From positions 1 through 32,666 of the forward strand of contig JAGGXH010000001.1 of assembly GCA_021163145.1 (NCBI GenBank): a stretch of DNA of 32,666 nucleotides, written 5' to 3'. Source of the stretch: Candidatus Aenigmatarchaeota archaeon (GTDB lineage Archaea; Aenigmatarchaeota; Aenigmatarchaeia; Aenigmatarchaeales; Aenigmatarchaeaceae). Of this stretch, positions 17,724 to 26,592 are shown piece by piece. Positions within the stretch are counted from its first letter, which is position 1, and each line of letters opens with the position of its first letter. Under the pieces are notes generated by a model that had not been told where the DNA came from, did not search any database, and saw only the letters and a program-made list of their open reading frames with translations. Made by a program: the position numbers and the translations under genes.

Positions 17724-19403
17724 TTAAACTTTTCTGGTTTTAATAGCAACACCTTTTTCAAATTCTTTGATCTCATCTGAGTTCAACATAGCTTTTCCAA
17801 GTGCAATTATTTTCTTACCATCTGTAATAGCGATCTCTTCACCAGGAACAAAATCATCACATTTATCTACAAATTTTGCAAACAATGATTTACCTTCTTT
17901 AACATATTCTAGTGCTTCTTTATTGACAATAATCTTTTTCATGTTTATGTATTTAGCACCTTCTATAGTAGGTAAAAATAAACCATCGTTTGCTCTTATT
18001 GTTCCTAATAATTTTTTATTTTTCCAAATTCTTCTTATTCTACCTGTTTTTTTAGAAACCTCTACATTAAAATCAGTATTTATCTTAGAATTATATTGGT
18101 ATTTAATAATCATTTTAACAGCTTTTTTAGAATCTATTTTTATATCAAGAGGTTTTTTTGATAATAAAACAGATTGTCCAAATGGATATACTAATAATAG
18201 TTCTGGTGGTATTTTTCCAAAAGGTTTTAATAAAACATGATTTTTTGATTTTACATTTTTTAACATTTTCTTTGCTCTTATAACCTCAGGTCTATATTTT
18301 GATTCTTCACCAAGTTCAAAAAAAGCAGTTTTTTTAGTAAACAAATCTTTCTTTAAAAAATAATTTTTATGTTTTTTAAGAATATGTTTTAATGCTTCTA
18401 ACAAACTTGGGTGTGCTCTTACTCTTTGTTGAACAAGTTCCCATAATGAATTATTCTTGATGGCTTGTTTAATTGTATTTATTTCAGAGTAAGTAACATA
18501 TAAGTTATGCATTGCAAGAATTTTTTCTTTTTCAACTTGTGGCATTTGTCTTACTTGTTCTGGTGTATATGTTGAACAGATTGGGCATGAACAAGGAAAA
18601 TAGGATAAATCATTTAAATTATATGTCCCATGTTCTGTTAAATAACCATTTCTTTTAGCAGCAAGAGCATACATCGCACTATCAAATAAATCAACACCAA
18701 TTGCAATTAATAAAGAGAATATCATTGGGTGTCCAGCACCAAATGCATGAATAATTTTATTTGATGGTAGATTTTTCTTACATGTGATTATTATATCACA
18801 TAGTTCCTTGAATCTATATTGTTCCATTAAAGGAACAATTCCACCTATTGCAAATAAATCTGGATTTAATTTACTTGCTTGTTTACATGCATTTTTTCTC
18901 AAATCTAAATACATACCTCCTTGTATTGGTGCAACAAGATATTTATCAATCTTTTTTCTAGCACTTGAAATTCTTTTCATTGTTTCTTTTAATTTTATTT
19001 GTGCAATTTTTCTAGAATCTTCTGGTAAAGTAAATAAATCAACTGGTGTTATTATATCTGAACCTATTTTTTGTTGAAATTCTAATATTTGATCTTGATT
19101 TATATCTTTAATTCTTTGTGAATACATTTGATAAACTCCACTATCTGTATATATAATACCATCAAACTTTAGAAATTTATGTAAACCATCATCTAAGACA
19201 TTTTTCTTATATTTGCTTTTATCAATAATATAAGAATTTGTTATTATAATATTTGTGTTAAACTTAGATTTCATTTCTTGTGGTGATATTAATTGTATAT
19301 TAGGGTTAATAACAATACAAATATTTGGTGTTTCTATTGTTTTTTTGTTTACTGTAAACTTACATATTCTTCCAGCAGCATCTCTATTTATTAACTCTAA
19401 CAT
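17724..19403 (-). CDS. tgtA: Archaeosine tRNA-guanine(15) transglycosylase with C-terminal PUA domain
   Basis: RDAAGRI, ITNSYII, TDSGVYQ, PIQGG, HAFGAGHP, GVDLFDSA, Zn site CSCPIC...HN and a PUA domain (GKSLFAKFV...GVAIKTR). ATG at 19403 chosen over the TTG at 19412. Confidence 0.96.
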   Translation of the reverse strand: MLELINRDAAGRICKFTVNKKTIETPNICIVINPNIQLISPQEMKSKFNTNIIITNSYIIDKSKYKKNVLDDGLHKFLKFDGIIYTDSGVYQMYSQRIKDINQDQILEFQQKIGSDIITPVDLFTLPEDSRKIAQIKLKETMKRISSARKKIDKYLVAPIQGGMYLDLRKNACKQASKLNPDLFAIGGIVPLMEQYRFKELCDIIITCKKNLPSNKIIHAFGAGHPMIFSLLIAIGVDLFDSAMYALAAKRNGYLTEHGTYNLNDLSYFPCSCPICSTYTPEQVRQMPQVEKEKILAMHNLYVTYSEINTIKQAIKNNSLWELVQQRVRAHPSLLEALKHILKKHKNYFLKKDLFTKKTAFFELGEESKYRPEVIRAKKMLKNVKSKNHVLLKPFGKIPPELLLVYPFGQSVLLSKKPLDIKIDSKKAVKMIIKYQYNSKINTDFNVEVSKKTGRIRRIWKNKKLLGTIRANDGLFLPTIEGAKYINMKKIIVNKEALEYVKEGKSLFAKFVDKCDDFVPGEEIAITDGKKIIALGKAMLNSDEIKEFEKGVAIKTRKV

Positions 19404-19457
19404 ATTAAACAATATGATTTTTTATTAAAAAAGATTTTATATTGTTATTTATATATC

Positions 19458-20081
19458 ATGTTTGAAATATTGTTTATGGGAAAAGTTCATTTTCAGGTAG
19501 GTAAATTGAGCTTTGATTTAATTATATTTGAAGATGTTTATTCTCCATTAGAAGATACAATATTGATTGCAAAACATATTCCTGAAAATTTAAATGGAAA
19601 GAAAGTATTAGAAATTGGTGTTGGTTGTGGAATATTATCTATTATTGCTGCAATACGTGGCGGAGATGTTACTGGAGTAGATATAAGTGAAGATGCATTA
19701 AAAAATACAAAATTAAATGCAGAAAAATATAATGTTGATATAAAATTAATTGAAAGTGACTTGTTTTCAAATATTAAAGGAAAATTTGATTTAATTATAT
19801 TTAATCCACCATATGTACCCTCTGATAAAAATGACAAATATCTTTCAAAAGGAATTAGATATGCTGTTTCAGGTGGATTATATGGAACTGATATAATAGA
19901 AAGATTTCTAGCTTCTTTCAAAAAACATTTAAATAAAAATGGAAAAGTATTGTTAATAATATCATCTCATAACAATATCAAACAAAAAATGGAAAAACAG
20001 GGATGGAGAAAAATTGATTCAGCAAATTTTTTCTTTGAAAAAATATATTTAATGGAATATATTTATAATTCAGCTAAATAA
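19458..20081 (+). CDS. HemK2/PrmC-like glutamine N5-methyltransferase
   Basis: VYSPLEDT, LEIGVGCG, SDLF, FNPPY, SGG..G and FFEK. Confidence 0.9.
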   Translation: MFEILFMGKVHFQVGKLSFDLIIFEDVYSPLEDTILIAKHIPENLNGKKVLEIGVGCGILSIIAAIRGGDVTGVDISEDALKNTKLNAEKYNVDIKLIESDLFSNIKGKFDLIIFNPPYVPSDKNDKYLSKGIRYAVSGGLYGTDIIERFLASFKKHLNKNGKVLLIISSHNNIKQKMEKQGWRKIDSANFFFEKIYLMEYIYNSAK

Positions 20082-20632
20082 CTATCTATAATCTGTTTCA
20101 CATTTTCAATATTTTTTATTAAATCATTGCTTGCATTAACTAAACAAACATTTTTTACATCTCTATAATCATTATAATACTGTAAAAAGGCATTATTTAT
20201 TTTTCTAACATAATCAATATCTTGTTCTCCCCATGAGGTTCTTCCTCTTTTCTTTATTCTATCAAATATTATTTCATCAGGTGCATGTAAGATTATTTCT
20301 AAATCAGGTTCTTTTAAATCAAGTTTTTGTAGAATTGTCTTGAATATTTCAAGTTGATAATCATTCATGTTAGCTTTTGAATATATGTATATAGAACTTT
20401 TTCCTCTATCAGAAATATATATTCCATTATTATTCATTTGTGCTTCTTTTAAAATCATTTGTCTTAAGAACCAGCATTGTGATAAAAATATATCACCATT
20501 AGGACCTATTTTTGGTGGTGGTAATAAATTATCTTTTAATTCTTCAATAAACGTATAATGATATTTTTTAGAAAGTTCTCTGCATATACTTGTTTTACCA
20601 ATTCCATGACAACCTTCTACAGCAATATACAT
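20063..20632 (-). CDS. Deoxynucleoside kinase / thymidylate kinase family protein
   Basis: IAVEGCHGIGKTS P-loop, SDR motif, PDL.I.L and lid RIKKRGR. Confidence 0.88.
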   Translation of the reverse strand: MYIAVEGCHGIGKTSICRELSKKYHYTFIEELKDNLLPPPKIGPNGDIFLSQCWFLRQMILKEAQMNNNGIYISDRGKSSIYIYSKANMNDYQLEIFKTILQKLDLKEPDLEIILHAPDEIIFDRIKKRGRTSWGEQDIDYVRKINNAFLQYYNDYRDVKNVCLVNASNDLIKNIENVKQIIDSYLAEL

Positions 20633-20717
20633 GAATGAAAAACTAGTGATTTTTTTATTTAAGCTTTTATTTACATAAAAATATTTGTTAGAAAAATTGT
20701 TTTAACTTGTATATCTT

Positions 20718-21014
20718 CTAAGCCTTATAACGACGAATAATTGGATATTCTTCAAATCTATAAAGTGTTTTACACTTTGGACAACCAGCTGCATAAATTT
20801 TTATTGCTCTTTCATCCAACTCCCTAATGATATTATCTGAAGCAACATCGGTACCAAGATTATCATGATAATCCATTTTTGAAATTATTAGTTTTTCATT
20901 ATTACATTCTGGTCTAGGGCATGTAAAATATTTTTCTATATGTTCATATGCTGTTTCTTGAATTTCAGGTGGTAACTCTAATACAGACAATTTATTTACT
21001 TCTTCTTCAGTCAT
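20718..21014 (-). CDS. Hypothetical Zn-ribbon protein
   Basis: CPRPEC and CPKC cysteine pairs; 98 aa. Confidence 0.65.
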   Translation of the reverse strand: MTEEEVNKLSVLELPPEIQETAYEHIEKYFTCPRPECNNEKLIISKMDYHDNLGTDVASDNIIRELDERAIKIYAAGCPKCKTLYRFEEYPIIRRYKA

Positions 21015-21035
21015 ATATTCTGTTATATGATTTAT

Positions 21036-21059
21036 ATATACAGTAAAATATACAGTAAA
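21036..21059. repeat. 12-bp perfect tandem repeat in a divergent promoter region
   Basis: atatacagtaaa twice. Confidence 0.7.
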
Positions 21060-21136
21060 ACTTAAATACTTTTCTATAATAATAGAAAACTTTTTGAAAT
21101 TAAATGTTTTTAAAGTCTTAATTATTATTCTTAGTT

Positions 21137-22390
21137 ATGAAGCAAGAAATAATATTTCTTTCTTCAGGAAAATGTTCTTGGGGAAAATGTTTTGCATGTG
21201 GATGGGGAAAGTTAAAAGGCCCAGAACCTAATTTACATAGATTAAAGAATATTATAGATAAGAAATTTAAAAAATTGAAAAACATAGATAGATTGAAAAT
21301 ATTTGTAAGTGGATCATTTTTAGATGACAAACAATTTCCAAAATCTATAAGAAAATATATAATACAAAAAATTAAAGAAAATAATATAAAACAACTTGTC
21401 ATTGAATCACGACCAGAATTTATTTCAAATGAATCATTGTCTGATTTTAAAGGAATTGATTTATATGTTGCAATTGGATTAGAATGTGCTGATAACAAAA
21501 TATTAAAAAAATATAATAAAGGTTATACAGTTGAAGATTTTGTAAGAGCAGCTGAAATTTTGCATAAGAATAATTTTAAAGTAAGAACATATTTAATGGT
21601 TAATTTACCATTTTTAAAAGACATTAAAAAAGATTTAGATAAATCTGTTAAATTTGCAAAAAAATATTCTGATGAAATTGTGCTAATAAACACATTTCCT
21701 CATAGTGAATCAGCTTTATATGATTTATATATAAAAGGAAAATGGAAACCATTAGATAGACAACAGTTTGATAAAATAACAAAAAAATATAAGAATATTG
21801 AAAAAGATTTTGATAATTTTGCATTTATTCCAAGATTTAAACAGAAACCATTGGTAAAAGGAGCAACAAAAGAAAGTTTGTTACATCCTTATTTTGAGAT
21901 ATGGCAAGATTATATACAAAGATTTTACAAAAACCCTTCTAAAAAACCAGTACTGTTCCTTCCTTGTGCATTTAAAAAACCATATTCAAAGTCAAAATTA
22001 CACAAAGCAATATTTTCAGTTGTTAATAAAGATAAAGTGCATCCTGTTGTAATATCATCTCCAGGAGTAATACCATATGAATTTATTGACAAATATCCAT
22101 TTAATAAATATGACTGGCCAGAATGGGAAGAAACATCAGAAATAAAAAAAATATATATTCAAGTTACACAAAAAAGAATTGAAAAATATCTGAAAAACCA
22201 TAAATATAGAAAATATTATTGCTATCTGAAATATGATTCTGAAACTTACAAAGCACTTTCAAAAGCATGTAAGAAACTAAAAATAAAATTGGTGAATATA
22301 TTACCAGAACATGTTTATGAAAAAATAAAATATAGAAAAAATTCATTATCATTACCAGAAGCAACAAAATTTTTAAAGGTGTTTAAGTGA
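21137..22390 (+). CDS. Fusion of a RaSEA-like radical SAM domain and an ArcS-like (DUF5591) domain; probable archaeosine synthesis enzyme
   Basis: N half: CSWGKCFAC, KIFVSGSFLDD, IESRPEFI, VAIGLE and TYLM. C half: ESLLHP...Y..P...LFLPCAFKKPYSKSKLH...VISSPGVIPYE...YP...YD. Confidence 0.85.
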   Translation: MKQEIIFLSSGKCSWGKCFACGWGKLKGPEPNLHRLKNIIDKKFKKLKNIDRLKIFVSGSFLDDKQFPKSIRKYIIQKIKENNIKQLVIESRPEFISNESLSDFKGIDLYVAIGLECADNKILKKYNKGYTVEDFVRAAEILHKNNFKVRTYLMVNLPFLKDIKKDLDKSVKFAKKYSDEIVLINTFPHSESALYDLYIKGKWKPLDRQQFDKITKKYKNIEKDFDNFAFIPRFKQKPLVKGATKESLLHPYFEIWQDYIQRFYKNPSKKPVLFLPCAFKKPYSKSKLHKAIFSVVNKDKVHPVVISSPGVIPYEFIDKYPFNKYDWPEWEETSEIKKIYIQVTQKRIEKYLKNHKYRKYYCYLKYDSETYKALSKACKKLKIKLVNILPEHVYEKIKYRKNSLSLPEATKFLKVFK

Positions 22391-23067
22391 GACTTGGAGT
22401 TCTTTTTTCTGGAGGAAAGGATTCAGTTTATGCAATGTATAAAGCAATGCAAGAGCATGATATAGTTTGTTTAATTACTGTTGTTTCTAAGAATCCAGAA
22501 AGTTTTATGTTCCATACACCAAATATTGAATTAACAGAGATTCAATCAAAAGCTCTTGATATACCAATTATTTCAATTGTTTCAAGTGGTATTAAAGAAA
22601 AAGAATTAGATGATTTAAAAGAAGTAATTAATCGCACAATAAAAAAGTTTAATATAGATGGGATTGTTACAGGTTCAGTTGAATCTGTTTATCAATCTAC
22701 ACGAATTCAGAAAATATGTAATGAATTAAATATCTGGTGTTTTAATCCAATCTGGCTTATTGATCAGATAGATTTATTAGAAAAAATGGTTGAAAAAGGT
22801 TTTAGGATAATTATTACTGGTGTTTTTGCACAACCATTTGATAAAAAATGGCTTGGAAGAGAGATTGATTATGAAACAATACAAGATCTTAAGGATTTAG
22901 CAAATAAATACGATATAAATCCTGCAGGTGAGGGTGGGGAAATTGAGACATTTGTGATAGATGGGCCAATATTTAAGAAAAAAATAGAAATCTTAAAAAC
23001 AAATAAGGAATATTCAGATTATTCTGGAACTCTTTTAATTGAAAAACTAAAGGTAGTTGAAAAATGA
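22387..23067 (+). CDS. Diphthine--ammonia ligase family PP-loop ATPase (Dph6-like)
   Basis: LFSGGKDS, SFMFH, YQSTRI and GEGGEIET. Its GTG start overlaps the upstream stop. Confidence 0.92.
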   Translation: MRLGVLFSGGKDSVYAMYKAMQEHDIVCLITVVSKNPESFMFHTPNIELTEIQSKALDIPIISIVSSGIKEKELDDLKEVINRTIKKFNIDGIVTGSVESVYQSTRIQKICNELNIWCFNPIWLIDQIDLLEKMVEKGFRIIITGVFAQPFDKKWLGREIDYETIQDLKDLANKYDINPAGEGGEIETFVIDGPIFKKKIEILKTNKEYSDYSGTLLIEKLKVVEK

Positions 23068-23597
23068 TACTTATTGTTGATATGTGCTATAGAAAAAAAT
23101 CTCTAAGTTATTATGAATTTGTAAGACCTATTGAAGATATAGTTAAAGACAATTTTATTGTAAAGCATTTTTCTGAGTTAAAAGATTTTAATTTTTCTAA
23201 TATAGATAAAATAATCTTTTGTGGAACCGCTCTAAAAGATATAGAATATACAAAACATATTAATTTGTTTGAGTGGTTAAAAAATATTGACAAGCCTGTT
23301 CTTGGAATCTGTGCAGGTATGCAGATTATTTCTTTAGTCTTTGGTGGAGAATTAATTAAAAAAACAAAAATAGGTATGAATAAAATAGCAGTAGTTAAAG
23401 ACAACAAAATTTTAACTAAAAAAGAATTTGAAGCATATGAATTGCATAATTTTTCAACCAATGTTCCTGAAAAATTTGAAATAATTGCAAAATCTAATAA
23501 CTCTGTTGAGGCAATTAGATATAAGAATATATATGGTGTTTTATTTCATCCAGAAGTTAGAAACAAAGAAATTATTAGAAATTTTGTTACTCTATAA
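23064..23597 (+). CDS. Class I glutamine amidotransferase (GMP synthase subunit A-like)
   Basis: PVLGICAGMQ (nucleophile Cys) and FHPE (His-Glu). ATGA overlap with the upstream gene. Confidence 0.9.
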   Translation: MILIVDMCYRKKSLSYYEFVRPIEDIVKDNFIVKHFSELKDFNFSNIDKIIFCGTALKDIEYTKHINLFEWLKNIDKPVLGICAGMQIISLVFGGELIKKTKIGMNKIAVVKDNKILTKKEFEAYELHNFSTNVPEKFEIIAKSNNSVEAIRYKNIYGVLFHPEVRNKEIIRNFVTL

Positions 23598-23766
23598 TTT
23601 TTACATGATATGGTTTATCACTACCTGAAACTTCTATCATTTTTGGTTTTCCCATTTTAGAATATGCAGTTTCTGGTATTGCAAATCTTTTCTTTGTTTG
23701 TGTATTCTTATAGTTGGCAATACCATTTTCAACTGACAATAGTTCAAATATTTCTTCTTTTGGCAT
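23587..23766 (-). CDS. Putative small protein (59 aa)
   Basis: Just below the track cut-off. MPKEEIFELLSVENGIANYKNTQTKKRFAIPETAYSKMGKPKMIEVSGSDKPYHVKIIE fills the gap and has protein-like composition. Confidence 0.65.
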   Translation of the reverse strand: MPKEEIFELLSVENGIANYKNTQTKKRFAIPETAYSKMGKPKMIEVSGSDKPYHVKIIE

Positions 23767-23791
23767 AAAATTTTTAATTATAATAAAGTAT

Positions 23792-24868
23792 TTAAATTAA
23801 CCACTTTCCATTTTTCATAACAACTTTTCCATCTACAATTATTTTTCCATCTTTTCTTAGGTCTTTTACAATATCCCAATGCAATGCAGATTTATTTGGT
23901 TGCCCACATTCTTTATATGCCATTCCAAATGCTAGATGTATTGTTCCACCTATTTTCTCATCAAACAACAAATTTTTTGTAAATTTGTTTATCTTTGGGT
24001 TCATACCTAACCCAATTTCACCAATATACCTTGATCCTTTGTCTGTATCTAACATCTTATTTAGAAAGTTTTCATTTTTATCTGCAGTTGCTTTTATACA
24101 TTTTCCATTTTTAAATTCACAATATATGTTTGTGACCTCAACTCCTGATCTAATTGCTGGATATGTAAATCTTATATAACCATTTACAGAATATTTTTGT
24201 GGAGCACCAAATACTTCTCCACCAGGCATATTTTCATGCCCATCATCAAGAACAAAACTTTTAGGGTATATTTTCATTGTTAGATCTGTATCTTTAGAAA
24301 CAATTCTAAATTCTGTTGACTTGTTTAAATAATCTCTTATTCTTTTCCATTTTTTTGAAAGCTTTTTCCAATCTAATAAACATGCATTAAAGAAGAAATT
24401 CTCGTATTCTTCTAAACTCATTTCTGCATCTTGTGCAAGCGCATTTGTTGGAAAATCCATTGTACATCTATATATCTTTGGCTTTGCATTTACAATATAA
24501 TCAGTTATTTTGTTAGTAACTTTATTTCTAATGGCGATTTTCTTTGGATCAATATTACTTAATTCTCTTGTGTTTAATGGTGATCCTATTCCTAAGAACT
24601 TTTGAGTATTTTTTACCTCATACCAATATATTTTTGGAAAATGTGTTAATTGTTCCTTAGAAGCATTTTTATAATAAAAATATGTAAGCCCAGGTATTCC
24701 AAGATGTATAGATGGATATGCACCTTTTTTCAAAACAAGCTTGTAAACTTCTTTTACTAAATCTTGTGATGGAATATCTGCAGAAATTATAACTCTTTCT
24801 CCTTTTTTTACAAATAAAGAATATTCAACAACAATTTTTGCTAGTTTTTTGATTCTTGGATCAGTCAT
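23792..24868 (-). CDS. Aminopeptidase, M29 family (AmpS/AmpT/PepS-like)
   Basis: DPRIKKLA, AQDAEMS, NMPGGEVF, YIGEIGLG, LFDEKIGGTIHLAFG and SALHWD. ATG at 24868 follows SD GGTGAT. Confidence 0.95.
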   Translation of the reverse strand: MTDPRIKKLAKIVVEYSLFVKKGERVIISADIPSQDLVKEVYKLVLKKGAYPSIHLGIPGLTYFYYKNASKEQLTHFPKIYWYEVKNTQKFLGIGSPLNTRELSNIDPKKIAIRNKVTNKITDYIVNAKPKIYRCTMDFPTNALAQDAEMSLEEYENFFFNACLLDWKKLSKKWKRIRDYLNKSTEFRIVSKDTDLTMKIYPKSFVLDDGHENMPGGEVFGAPQKYSVNGYIRFTYPAIRSGVEVTNIYCEFKNGKCIKATADKNENFLNKMLDTDKGSRYIGEIGLGMNPKINKFTKNLLFDEKIGGTIHLAFGMAYKECGQPNKSALHWDIVKDLRKDGKIIVDGKVVMKNGKWLI

Positions 24869-24877
24869 TATAATCAC

Positions 24878-25516
24878 CTATATGTCTTTATTTAAATTTT
24901 TAATACCTTTTTTAGTTAATAAATACATATCTTCAATTCTTATTCCTCCAAAAGACCCATGTAAACCAGGTTCTAATGTAAATATATCACCTACTTTAAA
25001 AACATCTTTTGATTTTGGACTAATTTTTGGTTTTTGGTGAATTCTTTTTCCAACTCCATGTCCAAGTGCATATGGAAATTTATATTTTGTATGTTTCTTT
25101 AGATAGTTTCTAACAATAATATCAACTTTAGAACAAGGAACTCCTGACTTAATTTCATTTTCAGCAAGCTTTTTTGCATTTTGTATTAATTTAATTAATT
25201 TTAATTTTTTAATATCAGGGTTTATGCAAAATGTTCTAGTAACATCTGTTTTCTTATTACCAACCACAACACCAAAATCTATAATTGCAAACTGATTTTC
25301 TTTTAGTTTTTTATTAGTTGGTTTAGGATGTATTGCTTTTGCATTTATGCCAAATGAGACAATTGGTGTAAATGATAATTTTTTTGCACCTAATTGTAAT
25401 GCTTTATTTTTCATTAAATCTGCAACTTGTTTTTCTGTTATTCCAGGTTCTAATATTTTATCTAATATCTTAAAACATTGTTTTGTTATTTTAATTGCTT
25501 TGGTTAGGTCATTCAT
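24878..25516 (-). CDS. M24 metallopeptidase (Xaa-Pro type), catalytic domain only
   Basis: IDFG, TDVTRT, LGHGVG..IH, TLEPG and GIRIED metal ligands. No N-terminal creatinase-like domain. Confidence 0.9.
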   Translation of the reverse strand: MNDLTKAIKITKQCFKILDKILEPGITEKQVADLMKNKALQLGAKKLSFTPIVSFGINAKAIHPKPTNKKLKENQFAIIDFGVVVGNKKTDVTRTFCINPDIKKLKLIKLIQNAKKLAENEIKSGVPCSKVDIIVRNYLKKHTKYKFPYALGHGVGKRIHQKPKISPKSKDVFKVGDIFTLEPGLHGSFGGIRIEDMYLLTKKGIKNLNKDI

Positions 25517-25713
25517 AAGAATATAATTAATATTGATGCTTATATTTAACTATGATTGATATATATATGAATATATATGAATACAAATTTTATAATTATT
25601 ATATTATTATACACTAACACTATTTTAGTTAAACTTTAAATTTAATTTATCCCAACAGGTTTTGAAAAAATATAGAAAAGCAATTATTTAAGAATTGAAA
25701 AATAATAATAAAT

Positions 25714-26592
25714 ATGGAAAATAGTTACTTAAGACAGGTCTCACAATTTGGGCCATTATCAGCTTATGATATTTGGTTTATAGATTTTAATTATGATCCG
25801 AACGAATTAAAAAGACGAACATTTTGGAGAAGGACAAATATCTTTGATTATGAAAAGCAAATAAATGAAACATTTGATATAATAAAAAATACATATCATG
25901 AAAAATTATTATATTTTGGTATATGTGGAAGTTATAAAAACGGTACTCAAGATAAAAATTCAGATATTGATGTAATTTCGGTTGTTTCTTCATTAATACA
26001 AGAACCATTATATACTCATGCTGATGCAAAATTAATTGAAAAACAAGAACTTAAAAAATATTTAGAATATGGCGAACCACTTATAACAAATTTCTTTTTA
26101 AATTCTAAACCATTCTATGATATAGATAATATAGAAAATATGAAAAGCATAAAACCTGTAAAGAAAAAAGCAATACCATTTCTTTTAACAAAGGCTGATT
26201 TTTATATTGATTCAATAAAAATAATAAAACTTGTTGCTAAAAAATATGATAAAATGATAGAAAGCATAAATAAATTAAATTTAACAATCTCTACTAAAGG
26301 TTGTGCAAATATAAGAGATTTCTATCTTAAAGCTGCACTAGAAAGAATGCATTCTTCTTCAGTTTCTCTAGCAGAAGCATTACACATCAAAGAAAATGAA
26401 ATTGTTGTTGATCTGCAAGAACTTTATGAATATATTGCAAAAAAAGATGAATATATAGCAAAAACTATGAAGGAAATTAGAAATAGAAGAAAACAATGTT
26501 CAGCAAGGATAAAAAATATTACTATTCCAGAGTTTGAAGAATTTTTAAATAAAACAGAACTAAATAATAAAAAGTTAAAGAGTATGATTTAA
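25714..26592 (+). CDS. Pol-beta-type nucleotidyltransferase domain protein with a helical (HEPN-like?) C-terminus
   Basis: GSYKNGTQDKNSDIDV matches GS...DxD. The C-terminal half looks alpha-helical. Confidence 0.7.
   Translation: MENSYLRQVSQFGPLSAYDIWFIDFNYDPNELKRRTFWRRTNIFDYEKQINETFDIIKNTYHEKLLYFGICGSYKNGTQDKNSDIDVISVVSSLIQEPLYTHADAKLIEKQELKKYLEYGEPLITNFFLNSKPFYDIDNIENMKSIKPVKKKAIPFLLTKADFYIDSIKIIKLVAKKYDKMIESINKLNLTISTKGCANIRDFYLKAALERMHSSSVSLAEALHIKENEIVVDLQELYEYIAKKDEYIAKTMKEIRNRRKQCSARIKNITIPEFEEFLNKTELNNKKLKSMI

Noticed and set aside
25561-25583. atatatatga tandem repeat in the 25517-25713 intergenic region
   Set aside because: Low-complexity AT sequence expected by chance at this base composition.
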